Shown here: positions 8,788-19,520 of the stretch, one piece after another | Numbering within the stretch: position 1 is the stretch's first letter | How the letters are laid out: the number at the start of each line of letters is the position of its first letter | Source of the DNA: Longimicrobiales bacterium | GTDB lineage: Bacteria; Gemmatimonadota; Gemmatimonadetes; Longimicrobiales; Gaopeijiaceae | NCBI GenBank assembly: GCA_965202985.1 | Contig: CBDBCF010000001.1 | Location: 544,001-608,000 of the forward strand | Direction of reading: 5' to 3' | Length of the DNA stretch: 64,000 bases | Notes under the pieces: model-generated | What the model was told of the DNA's origin: nothing | The model's input: the letters and a program-made list of their open reading frames with translations, nothing else | The model's database searches: none | Made by a program: the position numbers and the translations under genes

Positions 8788-11766
8788 ATGCTTTCCGTCC
8801 TTCTCGCAGCCCTGACCGTCCAAGCGGTCCCCGTCGCGCAAGCGGCTCCCGCTCGGCAAGCGGTTCCGGCCCAGCAGGCCATTGACGAGCCCTACACGGC
8901 GCTGATCGCGGAAGCGACGACCGAGCCGTTCTTCGCCACGCCCTTGGTGGACCACCTGCCGTACAGCGAGACCGTGCCCACGCCGCTGGACCACTTGGGA
9001 CACATCGCGGGCGCACCGGACGTGCTGAGCTACCCGGCGGAGGTCCACGCCTACATGCGGGCGCTGGCCGACGCCTCGCCGCGGGTGCAGGTCTTCACGA
9101 TCGGCGAGTCGGAGGAAGGGCGGGAGGTCGTCCTGGTGGTCGTCGGTTCGGAGGAGTCGATCGCGGGGCTGGAAGCGAACAAGGCGGCGCTCCATGCGCT
9201 GGCCGATCCCAGGGTCACGTCGCCCGAGGAGGCCGAACGGATCATCGACGCGGCCAAGCCCGTCTACTGGTCGGTGGGCGCCATTCATTCGCCCGAGACG
9301 GGGTCGCCGGAAATGTTCATGGAGCTGGCGTACCGCCTGGCCGTCGGCGAGAGCGAGTTCATTCGTCAAATCCGAGACGGCTTGGTGTACATGATCACGC
9401 CGGTTCTCGAGGTGGACGGGCGGGCCAAGGTCGTGGACCTGCACATGGGCAAGCGCGCGGACCCCGACGCGAACCTGCCGACGCGGCCCCTCTACTGGGG
9501 CAAGTACGTCGCGCACGACAACAACCGCGACAACATCGGCCAGGCGCTGGCGCTGTCGCGCACCGTCACGCGCACGTACTTGGAGCATCGACCCACCGTT
9601 CTTCACGACCATCACGAATCCGCGTCGTACTTGTATGCATCCACGGGCCGCGGACCGTACAACGCTTGGCTGGACCCCATTGTCATCAACGAATGGAACC
9701 GCCTGGCGTACAAGGAAGTGCAGGACATGACGGCGTTCGGCGTGCCCGGCGTCTACACGCACGACTTCTACGACGGCTGGGGCGCCAACTACATGATGTG
9801 GGTCGCGCAGATGCGCAACTCAATCGGGCGGTTCTACGAGACCCAGGGGGCCGGCGACGCCTCTACGCGCATCATCCGCTCAAACGTGGAGCGGCAATGG
9901 CACCGGCCCAGCACTCCGCTCAGGGAAGTCGTCTGGAGCATTCGCAACAACGTCAACTTGCAGCAGAGCGCGGTCTTGATCGCCATGCACGAGGTTGCGA
10001 CCAACCGACAAGAGTTCTTGCGCAACTTCTACCGCAAGTCCCAGCGGTCCGTGGCCAAGGCGCGGAGCGAGGGTCCGGCCGCGTACGTCTTGCCGGCGGA
10101 CGAACCCCGGCCCGGCCAGCAGGCGCGTCTGCTCAAGCTGCTGGCCGATCACGCCTTCGAGGTCCACCGCGCCGACGACGACATCCAGCTGGACGACGAT
10201 CTCGTCTTCCCGGAGGGCAGCTACGTGGTGCGCATGGATCAGCCCTTCTCGCGGGGCGCCGACATGCTCCTGGACAAGCAGCACTACAACCCGAACGACC
10301 CCCGGCCCTACGACGACGTGGGCTGGACGGTCGGCCCGCTCTTCAATGCGCGGACGGTTCGCGTAGAGGACATGGCCATTCTGGACATGGACATGACCCG
10401 GCTGGACTCCGTATCCGTGTCGAGCGGGGGCCAGGCGGGCCGAGGCGGCGTCGAAGGAGGCCGGGGCAGCATCTACCTGGTCGACTACAACGCGGACAAC
10501 GCGCTGGCGGCGTTCCGCTTCGCCCACGACAGCCTGACGGTCATGGCGGCCAGCGCCCCCTTCGAAGACGACGATCGCGCCTTCCGAGCGGGCAGCTTCG
10601 TGATCCGCCAGGCCGACAACCCGTCCGCGGACTTGGCGGCGCTTCTGGACCAAGCGGGGCGCGAATACGGCTTCACCGCCCGTCGCACGCGCAACGAGCC
10701 CGAAGTTCCGCTTCACGAGACGCGCGTGCCACGGGTCGCGGTCGTGCACACGTGGACCAACACGCAGGACGAAGGTTGGCTGCGCATCGGCCTGGACGAG
10801 TACGGCATTCCCTACGACTACATCTCGGTGCACGAGGTGCGCGACAACCCCGACTTGCGCCGCGACTACGATGTCGTGGTCATGGGCCATCAGCGCGGAG
10901 ACGCCATGAGCCTTGTGCGCGGCCTTCGAGCCGACGCCCCGGTGCCTTGGCAGGCCACCGAAGTCACGCCCAACATCGGCCGCCAGGACTCCACGTCCGA
11001 CATGCGGGGCGGGCTGGGACTGGAAGGGGTCCTGCACCTGAAGCGCTTCGTCGAGGACGGCGGCGTCTTCGTGGCCATGGCGGGCGCGTCGCGCTTGCCC
11101 ATCCACTTCGGCTTGGCCGACGGCGTGTCGATCCGCAACACGCCCGATCTGTGGGCTCGCGGCGGCGTGTTCTCGACGAGGGTGGTCGACCCCGAGAGCC
11201 CGATCGCCTACGGCTACGACGACCTGGGCGTGGCGTTCAACTCCGGCCCGGTCTTCCAATTGGGCGGCAGCGGCGGGTTCGCTCGAGGGGCGGGCGCTGG
11301 GCAGAACCGCGGCCCCGGCGACACGACGGCCCGCCGAAGCGGACGCGGCGGCGCCGACGAACCCGACATCGTGCAAGGCAGGGCGCGCGACATGGGCGAG
11401 TCGGGCGTGGCAGCCTTCCGGCAAGCGCAAGAGGACAACGAGCAGCCGTCCGGCCCCGGACTGTCGTTCGGGCCGCGCACCGACCACATCCGCGTGGTCA
11501 TGCGCTTCGCCGCCAGGGTGGAGGACCTGCTCGTGAGCGGCGGCTTGCGGAATGGCCAGCCCCTGACCAACGCGCCCGCCGTCGTGGACGTGCCATTGGG
11601 CGCCGGCCACGTCGTGCTCTTCTCGTTCAACCCCTTCTGGCGCTCGCACACGCACGGCTCGTACGCCCTGCTCTTCAACGTCCTGATGCACCACGGCAAC
11701 CTGTCCGCACCGGCGGAGGACGCCATCGCCCCTGCTTGCGCCGGATCGTCCTGCCCCCCACTCTGA
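8788..11766 (+). CDS. Secreted M14-family zinc carboxypeptidase with C-terminal GATase-like domain
   Basis: Signal peptide; IHSPE, DNNRD, HDHH motifs; FVEDGGVFVA. Confidence 0.85.
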   Translation: MLSVLLAALTVQAVPVAQAAPARQAVPAQQAIDEPYTALIAEATTEPFFATPLVDHLPYSETVPTPLDHLGHIAGAPDVLSYPAEVHAYMRALADASPRVQVFTIGESEEGREVVLVVVGSEESIAGLEANKAALHALADPRVTSPEEAERIIDAAKPVYWSVGAIHSPETGSPEMFMELAYRLAVGESEFIRQIRDGLVYMITPVLEVDGRAKVVDLHMGKRADPDANLPTRPLYWGKYVAHDNNRDNIGQALALSRTVTRTYLEHRPTVLHDHHESASYLYASTGRGPYNAWLDPIVINEWNRLAYKEVQDMTAFGVPGVYTHDFYDGWGANYMMWVAQMRNSIGRFYETQGAGDASTRIIRSNVERQWHRPSTPLREVVWSIRNNVNLQQSAVLIAMHEVATNRQEFLRNFYRKSQRSVAKARSEGPAAYVLPADEPRPGQQARLLKLLADHAFEVHRADDDIQLDDDLVFPEGSYVVRMDQPFSRGADMLLDKQHYNPNDPRPYDDVGWTVGPLFNARTVRVEDMAILDMDMTRLDSVSVSSGGQAGRGGVEGGRGSIYLVDYNADNALAAFRFAHDSLTVMAASAPFEDDDRAFRAGSFVIRQADNPSADLAALLDQAGREYGFTARRTRNEPEVPLHETRVPRVAVVHTWTNTQDEGWLRIGLDEYGIPYDYISVHEVRDNPDLRRDYDVVVMGHQRGDAMSLVRGLRADAPVPWQATEVTPNIGRQDSTSDMRGGLGLEGVLHLKRFVEDGGVFVAMAGASRLPIHFGLADGVSIRNTPDLWARGGVFSTRVVDPESPIAYGYDDLGVAFNSGPVFQLGGSGGFARGAGAGQNRGPGDTTARRSGRGGADEPDIVQGRARDMGESGVAAFRQAQEDNEQPSGPGLSFGPRTDHIRVVMRFAARVEDLLVSGGLRNGQPLTNAPAVVDVPLGAGHVVLFSFNPFWRSHTHGSYALLFNVLMHHGNLSAPAEDAIAPACAGSSCPPL

Positions 11767-11841
11767 CTTGAACGTGGCCCAAACAGCCATTCCTTCGCCC
11801 AGACGACCACCCTTTCGCCCCCCGAGACCAAGAGGCCGCCG

Positions 11842-13311
11842 ATGACGCGCCGCACGAACGGATCGCTTCGCCGCACGAACGGAGCCCGCAACCGAGAGGC
11901 CAAGCGAGACGCACTCCGCGCCAGCCGAGACGCACTCCGCCGGAACGGGGCCAGCCGCCGAACCTTCCTCCGGAACGCCGGCGCCACCGCGCTTCTGGGA
12001 GCGGCGGGCGTCCGAAGCGCCGTCGCCCAGGAAACGCCCGCGTCGTCGTCCGCGTCGTCCGTGGCGGGTGGGTCGGTCGCGCCGGGGGCGGCCGAGTTCG
12101 ACTTCGACGAGGTATACGAGCGCAAGGGCACCGACAGCGTGCGCTGGGACAAGGCCGTGGAGCAGTTCGGCCCCGGCATCGTGGCCGGCATGGGCGTGGC
12201 CGACATGGACTTCCGCACCGCCCCGTGCGTGACCCAGGCCGTGGCGGAGCGCTGCCGGCACGAGAACTGGGGGTACCTGCACCGCCCGGCCTCGTACGCC
12301 GAAGCCGTTGCCGACTGGAACGAGCGGCGCTACGGCCTGCGGGTCGATCCCGAGTCGGTCGTCTTCACCGCCGGCGTGAATCCGGCGCTCATCGCGGCGC
12401 TGCACACCTTCACGCCGCCCGGCGGCCGCGTCCTCATGACCACGCCCACCTACACCGGCTTCTACACGGACCTGCGGTTCACGCACACCGTGGCGGAAGA
12501 GTGCCCGATGACGGTGGACAACGGCCGCTACGCCATCGACTTCGACGACTTCGAGCGACGCGCCCGGCGTTGCAGCACGTTCATCCTCTGCAACCCGCAC
12601 AACCCCACGGGCAACTGCTGGTCCCCCGAAGACTTGGCGCGCATGGGCGAGATCTGCCTCAAGCACAGGGTCGTCGTGCTGGCCGACGAAATCCATTGCG
12701 ACTTCGTGACCAAGGGCGCTCGCTACACGCCGTTCGCCAGCCTGCCGGACGCGGACGTGGTGGACAACAGCCTCACCTTCAAGTCGGCCAGCAAGTCGTT
12801 CAGCTTGGCGGCGATGAAGGTGGCGTGGTACTCCGCCAGCAACCGCGACTACCTGGAGCGCGTCAAGAGCAACACGCGGGCGGACTTGAGCACCTTGGGC
12901 ATGGTTGCCACCGAGGCGGCGCTGCAAGAGGGCGAGCCCTGGCTGGACGCGCTTCTCGACTACTTGGACGCCAACCACGACTTCGTCGAGTCGTACGTGC
13001 GTCGTCATCTGCCCGACGTGCGCTACGCCAAGGCCGAGGGCACGTACCTGGCTTGGCTGGACATGGCCGACTTCGCAGACCGAATCGGCGCGGTCGAGAC
13101 GGCCAAGCGCGAGACCGCGAAGGCGCCCGAGCCGGTTGCGCCCGAGCAGGTTGTGCAGCGATGGTTCGCCGAGCACGCCGGCGTCTTCCTGAACCCGGGG
13201 TCCAGCTACGGAACCGGCGGCGCGGGGCACATGCGCATGAACGTGGCCTCGCCCCGCAAGACCGTCGAACTGGCCCTGAACAACATGGCCGAAGCCATGG
13301 CAAACGCTTGA
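11842..13311 (+). CDS. MalY/PatB-family PLP C-S lyase with twin-arginine signal
   Basis: SRRTFLR + hydrophobic stretch; MGVADMDF, LCNPHNPTG, ADEIH, SASKSFSL. Confidence 0.9.
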   Translation: MTRRTNGSLRRTNGARNREAKRDALRASRDALRRNGASRRTFLRNAGATALLGAAGVRSAVAQETPASSSASSVAGGSVAPGAAEFDFDEVYERKGTDSVRWDKAVEQFGPGIVAGMGVADMDFRTAPCVTQAVAERCRHENWGYLHRPASYAEAVADWNERRYGLRVDPESVVFTAGVNPALIAALHTFTPPGGRVLMTTPTYTGFYTDLRFTHTVAEECPMTVDNGRYAIDFDDFERRARRCSTFILCNPHNPTGNCWSPEDLARMGEICLKHRVVVLADEIHCDFVTKGARYTPFASLPDADVVDNSLTFKSASKSFSLAAMKVAWYSASNRDYLERVKSNTRADLSTLGMVATEAALQEGEPWLDALLDYLDANHDFVESYVRRHLPDVRYAKAEGTYLAWLDMADFADRIGAVETAKRETAKAPEPVAPEQVVQRWFAEHAGVFLNPGSSYGTGGAGHMRMNVASPRKTVELALNNMAEAMANA

Positions 13312-13367
13312 CCGCACGCACGATTCCACCCGCGGCGCGAACCGCCGCAGAAAGGACACGCACGTTC

Positions 13368-14984
13368 ATGACCACAAGCATCTTCATCCGCAAGGCGGTC
13401 CGCAGCGCAACGGCAGCGGCAGCCCTGATCGCCGTCGTCGCCTTCGCCGCCCCGTCCGAGGCGCGCGCCCAGCTCGACAACGTGGGCTCGATCGACTTCC
13501 CCACATCGGCGACCGGCGCGGCGCAGGATCACTTCCTGCGGGGCGTGGCCATCCTGCACAGCTTCGGCTGGAAGCAGGCCCGCGAGCAGTTTCACGCGGC
13601 ACAGGAGATCGATCCGGGCTTCGCCATGGCCTATTGGGCCGAATCGCTGGCGTACAACCACCCGCTGGTCACCGAGATGGACCCGACCGAGCCTCGCAAG
13701 GCTCTGATGCGACTGGCGCCCACGCCCGAGGAGCGCATCGCCATGGCGCCCACGGACCGCGAGAAGGGGTTCATGAAGGCGGTGGAGATCCTGTGGGGCG
13801 ACGGCGACCACGAGAAGCGGCGCGTCGAGTACATGGAGGCGATGGGCAAGCTGCACGAAGCGTACCCGGACGACCCCGAGATCGCCGCCTTCTACGCCCT
13901 GTCCCTGCTGGGCGCCACGCGCGCCACCGGCGACCTGGGCGAGCGCTGGAACGTCCGCGCCGGCACGATCGCGCTCAAGCTGTTCAACCAGAACCCGGAC
14001 CACCCGGGCGCCGCCCACTACACCATCCATTCCTTCGACAATCCGCTCATGGCGCCGCTTGCGTTGGACGCGGCCTACGCCTTTGCGGACATCGCGCCGG
14101 TGGTGTCGCACGCGCGCCACATGCCCACGCACATCTTCATCCAGCACGGCATGTGGGACCTGGTGGCGGGACACAATCAGTCGGCCTACGACGTGGCGGT
14201 CGAGCTTTGGCAGCCCGGCGACGCTCTGGGCGACGCGGTGCACGCCCTGGACTGGGGCCAGTACGGCGACCTGCAGCGCGGCGACTACGCCAAGGCGCGG
14301 CTGTGGATAGAGCGCCTAGCGGACATGGTGGAGCACGAAGGCTTTGCCGCCGGAGGCGCCCGGGGCGTAGCTGGAAGCGAACGGGCCAAGGGCGCCCTGC
14401 CGCTCCTCAAGGCGCGCTACGTCGTGGACACGGAGGAGTGGGAGGTGCGCCCCGTGTCGGAAGACGCCTCCACGCACGAGCTGCTGGCCACCGGCCTGAG
14501 CGCCGCCCGCACCGGCGACATGGCCGCCTTGGAGGCCGCCGTCGAGGCCATGGCGAACAAGTCGGACGGCGAGGGCTACGACCACGTCATGCACTTGCAG
14601 CTGAAGGGACTGCTGCTCGCGGCCAACGACGACGCCGACAAGGCCGTGGCGACGATGGACAGGGCGGTGGCGACCGTCGAGGCCATGGCGCCGCCCCGAG
14701 GCTCCGCCAACCCGGTCAAGCCCGTGCACGAGCTCTACGGCGAAGTGCTGCTGGACCTGGACCGTCCCGCCGACGCCGTGGCGATGTTCGAGACCTCGCT
14801 GTTGCGGATGCCCAACCGGCCCCGCTCGCTGCTGGGCTTGGCGCGGGCGCTGGCCGCTTCCGGCGAACACGAGCGCGCGGTCGTGGCCTACCGCCAAGTC
14901 GCCGAGCTGTGGGACGGGCGCGAAGGCCTGCCCGGACTGGCCGAAGCGCACGGGTTCGTGAACGGCGGCGGCGGGGGGTCCTAA
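13368..14984 (+). CDS. Secreted TPR-like protein
   Basis: Signal peptide ending ARA; AQDHFLRGVAILHSF, HPGAAHYTIH, HARHMPTHIF, TPR-like helices. Confidence 0.75.
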   Translation: MTTSIFIRKAVRSATAAAALIAVVAFAAPSEARAQLDNVGSIDFPTSATGAAQDHFLRGVAILHSFGWKQAREQFHAAQEIDPGFAMAYWAESLAYNHPLVTEMDPTEPRKALMRLAPTPEERIAMAPTDREKGFMKAVEILWGDGDHEKRRVEYMEAMGKLHEAYPDDPEIAAFYALSLLGATRATGDLGERWNVRAGTIALKLFNQNPDHPGAAHYTIHSFDNPLMAPLALDAAYAFADIAPVVSHARHMPTHIFIQHGMWDLVAGHNQSAYDVAVELWQPGDALGDAVHALDWGQYGDLQRGDYAKARLWIERLADMVEHEGFAAGGARGVAGSERAKGALPLLKARYVVDTEEWEVRPVSEDASTHELLATGLSAARTGDMAALEAAVEAMANKSDGEGYDHVMHLQLKGLLLAANDDADKAVATMDRAVATVEAMAPPRGSANPVKPVHELYGEVLLDLDRPADAVAMFETSLLRMPNRPRSLLGLARALAASGEHERAVVAYRQVAELWDGREGLPGLAEAHGFVNGGGGGS

Positions 14985-14996
14985 GGCGGAGAGCGC

Positions 14997-15932
14997 CTAC
15001 TCGTCCAGCGTCTTCTCCAGCTGCCGGATCGCGCTGCGATCGCGTTCCGAGCTTTCGTGGATCTTGTCGGCCAGGAACTCGACGTTGTCGTAGGGCGCGG
15101 CTCCGGCCAGCATGCCCAGCTGCGAACGGTCCGCGCTTCCCAGCGCACTGGCGATGTTCTGCGCCTCCGCCAGGAAGTGCTGGGCCAGCGCCTCGACGGT
15201 GCCCTGGGCGTGCGCAATAGCCGAATCGGCCCTTCCCGACAGATCTTCCAGCCGCTTGACCTCCGTCAGGTCGGTGTTGCTGCGGTCCATGACGGCCAGC
15301 TTGGCCTCGCAACGGTGGTAGAACTGGCGCAGCACCTCGGCCCGGCCGTCCACCTCGCCCAGCGCCGAACGCAGCTTGGCCTCCAGCTTGCGCGCCGTCC
15401 GAAGCTGAAGCGAAGCCAGCTCGCTGTCCGGCTCTTCCCGAATCCGCTCGTCCCAGTAGGCGACCCGGCCCTCGGCCTCGTCCAGCGCCGTCGCCAGCGG
15501 GGCCCGCGCACGCCCCCACTCGGAACCGGGACCCAGGGTCCGCGCCCGGTGCGCTTCCACCCGCTTGCGCAGCAGCCGGAGGGCGAAGCCGTGCACCGCC
15601 GACACCGCGACCGCGTCTCCGGCCCGATACGCCGCCACGCCCTCGCGGACAATGCGACGAACCCGCGCGGCGCGACTGATCGCCGGCATCGCGAGTGCCC
15701 CTGCCACGCCCCCGACCAGCAAGAAGGCCCCGATCTCCGACAGTCCCGACAGGAAGCTTCCAAGGAACGACACTGCCAGGAAGCCCACGAACAGCGTGAG
15801 GCAGCCCGTGCAGCCGGAACTGAAGGCGGCCCCCAAGACCTGCCCCCACTTCACGGCCTCCTTGTCCACCGTCTCGTGCGCCACCTTCGTGTAGTAGCGC
15901 TGGGCCAAGCTGTCGAACTCGAGCGAAGTCAC
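14997..15932 (-). CDS. Hypothetical membrane protein (2 TM + long coiled coil); paralog of 37758..38690
   Basis: N-terminal hydrophobic segments; near-identical C-terminal region to paralog. Confidence 0.8.
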   Translation of the reverse strand: MTSLEFDSLAQRYYTKVAHETVDKEAVKWGQVLGAAFSSGCTGCLTLFVGFLAVSFLGSFLSGLSEIGAFLLVGGVAGALAMPAISRAARVRRIVREGVAAYRAGDAVAVSAVHGFALRLLRKRVEAHRARTLGPGSEWGRARAPLATALDEAEGRVAYWDERIREEPDSELASLQLRTARKLEAKLRSALGEVDGRAEVLRQFYHRCEAKLAVMDRSNTDLTEVKRLEDLSGRADSAIAHAQGTVEALAQHFLAEAQNIASALGSADRSQLGMLAGAAPYDNVEFLADKIHESSERDRSAIRQLEKTLDE

Positions 15933-16007
15933 GGTCCCCGGCTATCTGCGCGCAGGCCCCTGTCGGGCCGCTCGATCATGGTTCGACCGCGCTCCGATCG
16001 CTCGTGC

Positions 16008-16328
16008 TCAGTCGGCTGCCGACGACGCCCCGCCTTCGTCTTGCTCGTCGTCCAAGCCGGCACTCCGCTCCCGTCGTGCGTTCCACCACCGGCGCGCCTG
16101 CCGGAACGGATACCAGACCAAGCCGACCACCGTTGTGAACATCAGCCAGCCCACGGCCAGCAACGCCCCGATCGCAGCCAGCCCGGCGCCGGGACCGATG
16201 TAGGCCGCGAGCACGTCCTGGGTTGCGCGTGCGCCATCGGCAACCCCGGTGCCGGGGGCCAGAGCCAGCGCCGCAAGGACTCCGATCGTTGCGGCGCGTC
16301 TGGTAGCGGCAAGAAAAGGGGATGCCAT
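16008..16328 (-). CDS. Small membrane protein (AYIGPGAG motif)
   Basis: Signal-like N-terminus plus TM helix followed by basic tail. Confidence 0.55.
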   Translation of the reverse strand: MASPFLAATRRAATIGVLAALALAPGTGVADGARATQDVLAAYIGPGAGLAAIGALLAVGWLMFTTVVGLVWYPFRQARRWWNARRERSAGLDDEQDEGGASSAAD

Positions 16329-16360
16329 GCTGTCCGCGCGAATTATCGTCTTGTCCCGGA

Positions 16361-18346
16361 TCATTTGCGTCTCTCTCTGTTACGTGCAGCCGACTTATCG
16401 AAATCTGCATCAAGCCTCTCCAACGTCGCCATGAGCTGAAGGACCTTTTGCTCTTGGTTGAGATACTCGGCGTAGCTTCGCTCCGCTTCCAGGACGAGCT
16501 GATCGTACGTCACCCAGCGGGCGTCGATTGCCTCCATCATCCTTCTGTTTTCCTTCTTGTGCTCGTCGGTGTCGTCGGGAAGCGGAGGCCTTCCGAGGAT
16601 GGTGACCAACTGAATCGGTCTTGGGTCGTCTGGAAACCTCTGCGACAAACACTTCTGCAATGCATTCCTGTATTTTCGCAATTGACCGACCAATACGTGT
16701 GTCTTGACCGCCTTTTCGTGTCTCTTCAATTCTACGATTACATGAGTGCCTACAGCCGTTCGGTAGCGAATGTCGATTCGACCCCTCTTTTCCTCGTCCG
16801 AAAGCTTCAGGTTCCCTTCCGTCGAAAATTCTCTCATCACCGTCGATTCGATGTGAGCATCGGAGGTGGCGCGCTCCAGAGATGGATGAAGGAGCCAAAG
16901 ATGATCAAAAATAAAATCCTGCAGTATCTTCTCCAGGGCCGTTGGCGCAATGTTGATCAATTTCCGGATCACACCGAGTCGGCCCTTGACGATGTCGTAG
17001 TAGTGAACTGCTTCAACCTCGTCAATGCCTCGGATCAGCCTCGACAGCACCTGAAAATCTCTCTCGGTCTCAATGTTGTCCAGGTCGCTTAGCATGTCCC
17101 GAAGCGAGAGTTTCTCAAACGCGAGAATGCTTGCTTTGTAGATCTCCTTCTTTGCGGCCACGTCGGGCAGCGCCAGCGATTCGATTTTTCCGAACAGATT
17201 CTTCGCCATCCTCTTCCTGTCCGGGCCAAGCTGTCCATACCATTCACTGATGCTCGGATAGACAAGTGCTCGCTTTGTGCCATCTTCCTTTCTTAGCGTC
17301 GCCCACTGGTCTCTGATCCTTCTGAGCGCTCGGTGTACGAACTCCTTGACCGCCTTGTAACGCAGATCATCTTCCTTTACGCTTTGGCGGCCACTCGTGA
17401 CAATGTCTTCTCCGTCGTTATCCAGGAAGTCGGCGTTGATTTCGCCGACAATGTATTGCGCGTAAACTCCCGCTTCCTTGAAATCCGGCAATATGTTCTC
17501 ATGCACTAGCCGACCTCGAGACAAAAGTACGATCGAATTGTTGACGTCGTTGAGCGTCTCGGGCCGGTCCACCGTACCAATCCATCCACTGATGTCGTGA
17601 TTCTGTCCCCCTATCCGAATGGTCGAATCCATTGGCGTCGTCTGCCTAATGGACCCGAACGAGTTTTGTGTCGCATCGCCTCCAAGGGTCCAGATAAATT
17701 CGAGCTTGTCGTAGTAAGCGCGATCCTGGGGTCCAATCGATTCGCCGTCGATCAAGACCCGAAAGTCATGGACCTGGCCGATGATGCTGAATCTTCGCGC
17801 GAGGCGCCTCTTGAGATGAGGTCCTGTACGCGTCAGCGCTTTGTCCAACTCCCGAAGCACAAGTCGAGTGCCCGTCGCCATGCCGGAAACTTGTGGCGAA
17901 ATTGGTTCTGGATTGTAGGTGGCAGAATCGTCGAGGCGAATGCGCTCTTCGATATCTTGCCGATCCATCCGGAACGCGAAGGGCTCGTGGTCATCCTGAC
18001 GGGTATGCACTTCAACAACCCGCGCAATGGCGAAAGTTGCCAGCTTGCCTATGCCCTTGCGTCCCATCACCAGGCGGCCTAGTTGTGTCGTGGTGTCATG
18101 CTGTCGGCGCTGGTAGCCCACCTTTAAAAAGCGATCGTTGATGTCGTCCATGGTCATGCCGCAACCGTCGTCGGTCACCTCGATGACTCCGGCGTCAATG
18201 TTCAACTGGATCAACACGTTGGACGCATCAGCGTCCCATGCATTTGCAACGAGTTCGGACAGCACGGCGGGGATGTTGCTATACAGGCCGATCCCCAGGT
18301 GGTTGAGAACGTTCAAGCTCAGGGTCATCCGGTATTGGGGAGGCAT
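16361..18346 (-). CDS. GHKL/MORC-type ATPase fused to PD-(D/E)xK nuclease (HgiDII/BbrUII-like restriction enzyme)
   Basis: ELVANAWDA, DDGCGM, GRKGIGK, GTRL; C-terminal RIDI...IVELKR; lower GC; next to C5 MTase. Confidence 0.85.
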   Translation of the reverse strand: MPPQYRMTLSLNVLNHLGIGLYSNIPAVLSELVANAWDADASNVLIQLNIDAGVIEVTDDGCGMTMDDINDRFLKVGYQRRQHDTTTQLGRLVMGRKGIGKLATFAIARVVEVHTRQDDHEPFAFRMDRQDIEERIRLDDSATYNPEPISPQVSGMATGTRLVLRELDKALTRTGPHLKRRLARRFSIIGQVHDFRVLIDGESIGPQDRAYYDKLEFIWTLGGDATQNSFGSIRQTTPMDSTIRIGGQNHDISGWIGTVDRPETLNDVNNSIVLLSRGRLVHENILPDFKEAGVYAQYIVGEINADFLDNDGEDIVTSGRQSVKEDDLRYKAVKEFVHRALRRIRDQWATLRKEDGTKRALVYPSISEWYGQLGPDRKRMAKNLFGKIESLALPDVAAKKEIYKASILAFEKLSLRDMLSDLDNIETERDFQVLSRLIRGIDEVEAVHYYDIVKGRLGVIRKLINIAPTALEKILQDFIFDHLWLLHPSLERATSDAHIESTVMREFSTEGNLKLSDEEKRGRIDIRYRTAVGTHVIVELKRHEKAVKTHVLVGQLRKYRNALQKCLSQRFPDDPRPIQLVTILGRPPLPDDTDEHKKENRRMMEAIDARWVTYDQLVLEAERSYAEYLNQEQKVLQLMATLERLDADFDKSAARNRERRK

Positions 18347-18419
18347 AGCGACCGGGTTCGGCGTCCGCAACGCGGAGTCGCCTTCCCGTACCATGGGGCG
18401 AACCGCAAGCCCTACGGCA

Positions 18420-19520
18420 CTACCGGTAGGCGACATGTTCCGCCACGCTCGCCGCAATCGCCTCTCCCATGGCCACCGGCACGGCATTGCCGATCTGGCG
18501 GCCCACGTGTTCGAAGGTCGCCCGCTGCCCCGGCGGAACGAAGTCGTAGTCTGGGGGGAACGTTTGTAGCAGGGCGGCTTCGCGCAGGGAGATTGCGCGG
18601 TCCTGTTCGGGGTGCCCGAACCGGCCCCGGCCGTAGCTGAAACAACCAGTCGTGATCGTGGGCGACGGCTCGTCCCACGCCATGCGGCCGTATACGTTCC
18701 TGTACCACTTTCCGGAGCGCTTGCGGTGGCAACGGGTAACGAGGTCGCTCGGCCAGTCGTGCCAAGTGCCGCCGGGGACCGACGCCCTAATCCGTCGCAG
18801 GTTCATGTCGGACAGCTTGGCGGCGGCGTGGAGCGGATCGCGGGAATGGACTTGTCCGGAGGAGATGGGCGGCAGCACTCCGATGAATTCGCGCACCGTG
18901 CGCGGACGCCGGCGCGGGTCTGTCGGAGCCTTGAGCACCAGCCGTCCCAGCTTGGACGCAAGCAAGACCAAGCGCTTTCGCCGTTGGGGCACGCCGTAGC
19001 GAGTGCAATCCACGACCCGAACCGAAACCTCGTACTCTTCCTCCAGCCGTTCGACAAACTGGCCGAATACCTCGCCGCCTCGGAACGAGACCAGTCGGGG
19101 AACGTTTTCCATGGACACGACATCAGGCCCGAGTTCCATGATGCGCTCTGCAAACAGAGGGACGAGCGACCACTTGTCGGTTCGGCGCTTCGTCGCCTCG
19201 GGGGTGTAGGACGAGAATGGGGCGCAGGGCGCGCATCCTACTAGAATCCGTCGCGTCCCTGGAGGGTAGAGCGCCGCCAAGTCGCCAGCCGAAAGGGTAT
19301 CCAGGGACGCATGGACGAACTTGGCCCGATTGTTCCGCTCGAACGGATACCGGCAGGCCGGGTCCACGTCGATCCCCGCGACGACCCGAAACCCTGCTCG
19401 GCGGAACCCCTGGCTGAGCCCCCCTGCCCCGCAGAAGACGTCGACCACGGTCCAGTCCTCTCGAGCCGACGTCTCCGATGCCCCCACTACGGTCGCGGAC
19501 TTCACGGCTTGATCCCCCAT
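18420..19520 (-). CDS. DNA (cytosine-5) methyltransferase
   Basis: DVFCGAGG (I), GCAPC (IV), ENV (VI), QRRKR (VIII), QIGNAVP (X). Confidence 0.95.
   Translation of the reverse strand: MGDQAVKSATVVGASETSAREDWTVVDVFCGAGGLSQGFRRAGFRVVAGIDVDPACRYPFERNNRAKFVHASLDTLSAGDLAALYPPGTRRILVGCAPCAPFSSYTPEATKRRTDKWSLVPLFAERIMELGPDVVSMENVPRLVSFRGGEVFGQFVERLEEEYEVSVRVVDCTRYGVPQRRKRLVLLASKLGRLVLKAPTDPRRRPRTVREFIGVLPPISSGQVHSRDPLHAAAKLSDMNLRRIRASVPGGTWHDWPSDLVTRCHRKRSGKWYRNVYGRMAWDEPSPTITTGCFSYGRGRFGHPEQDRAISLREAALLQTFPPDYDFVPPGQRATFEHVGRQIGNAVPVAMGEAIAASVAEHVAYR

Noticed and set aside
9666..13359. Very long alternative-frame or antisense ORFs (9666..11771+, 9880..13359-; likewise 21531..25301+, 59676..62633-)
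   Set aside because: Shadow ORFs of high-GC genes with no motifs, overlapping well-supported CDS
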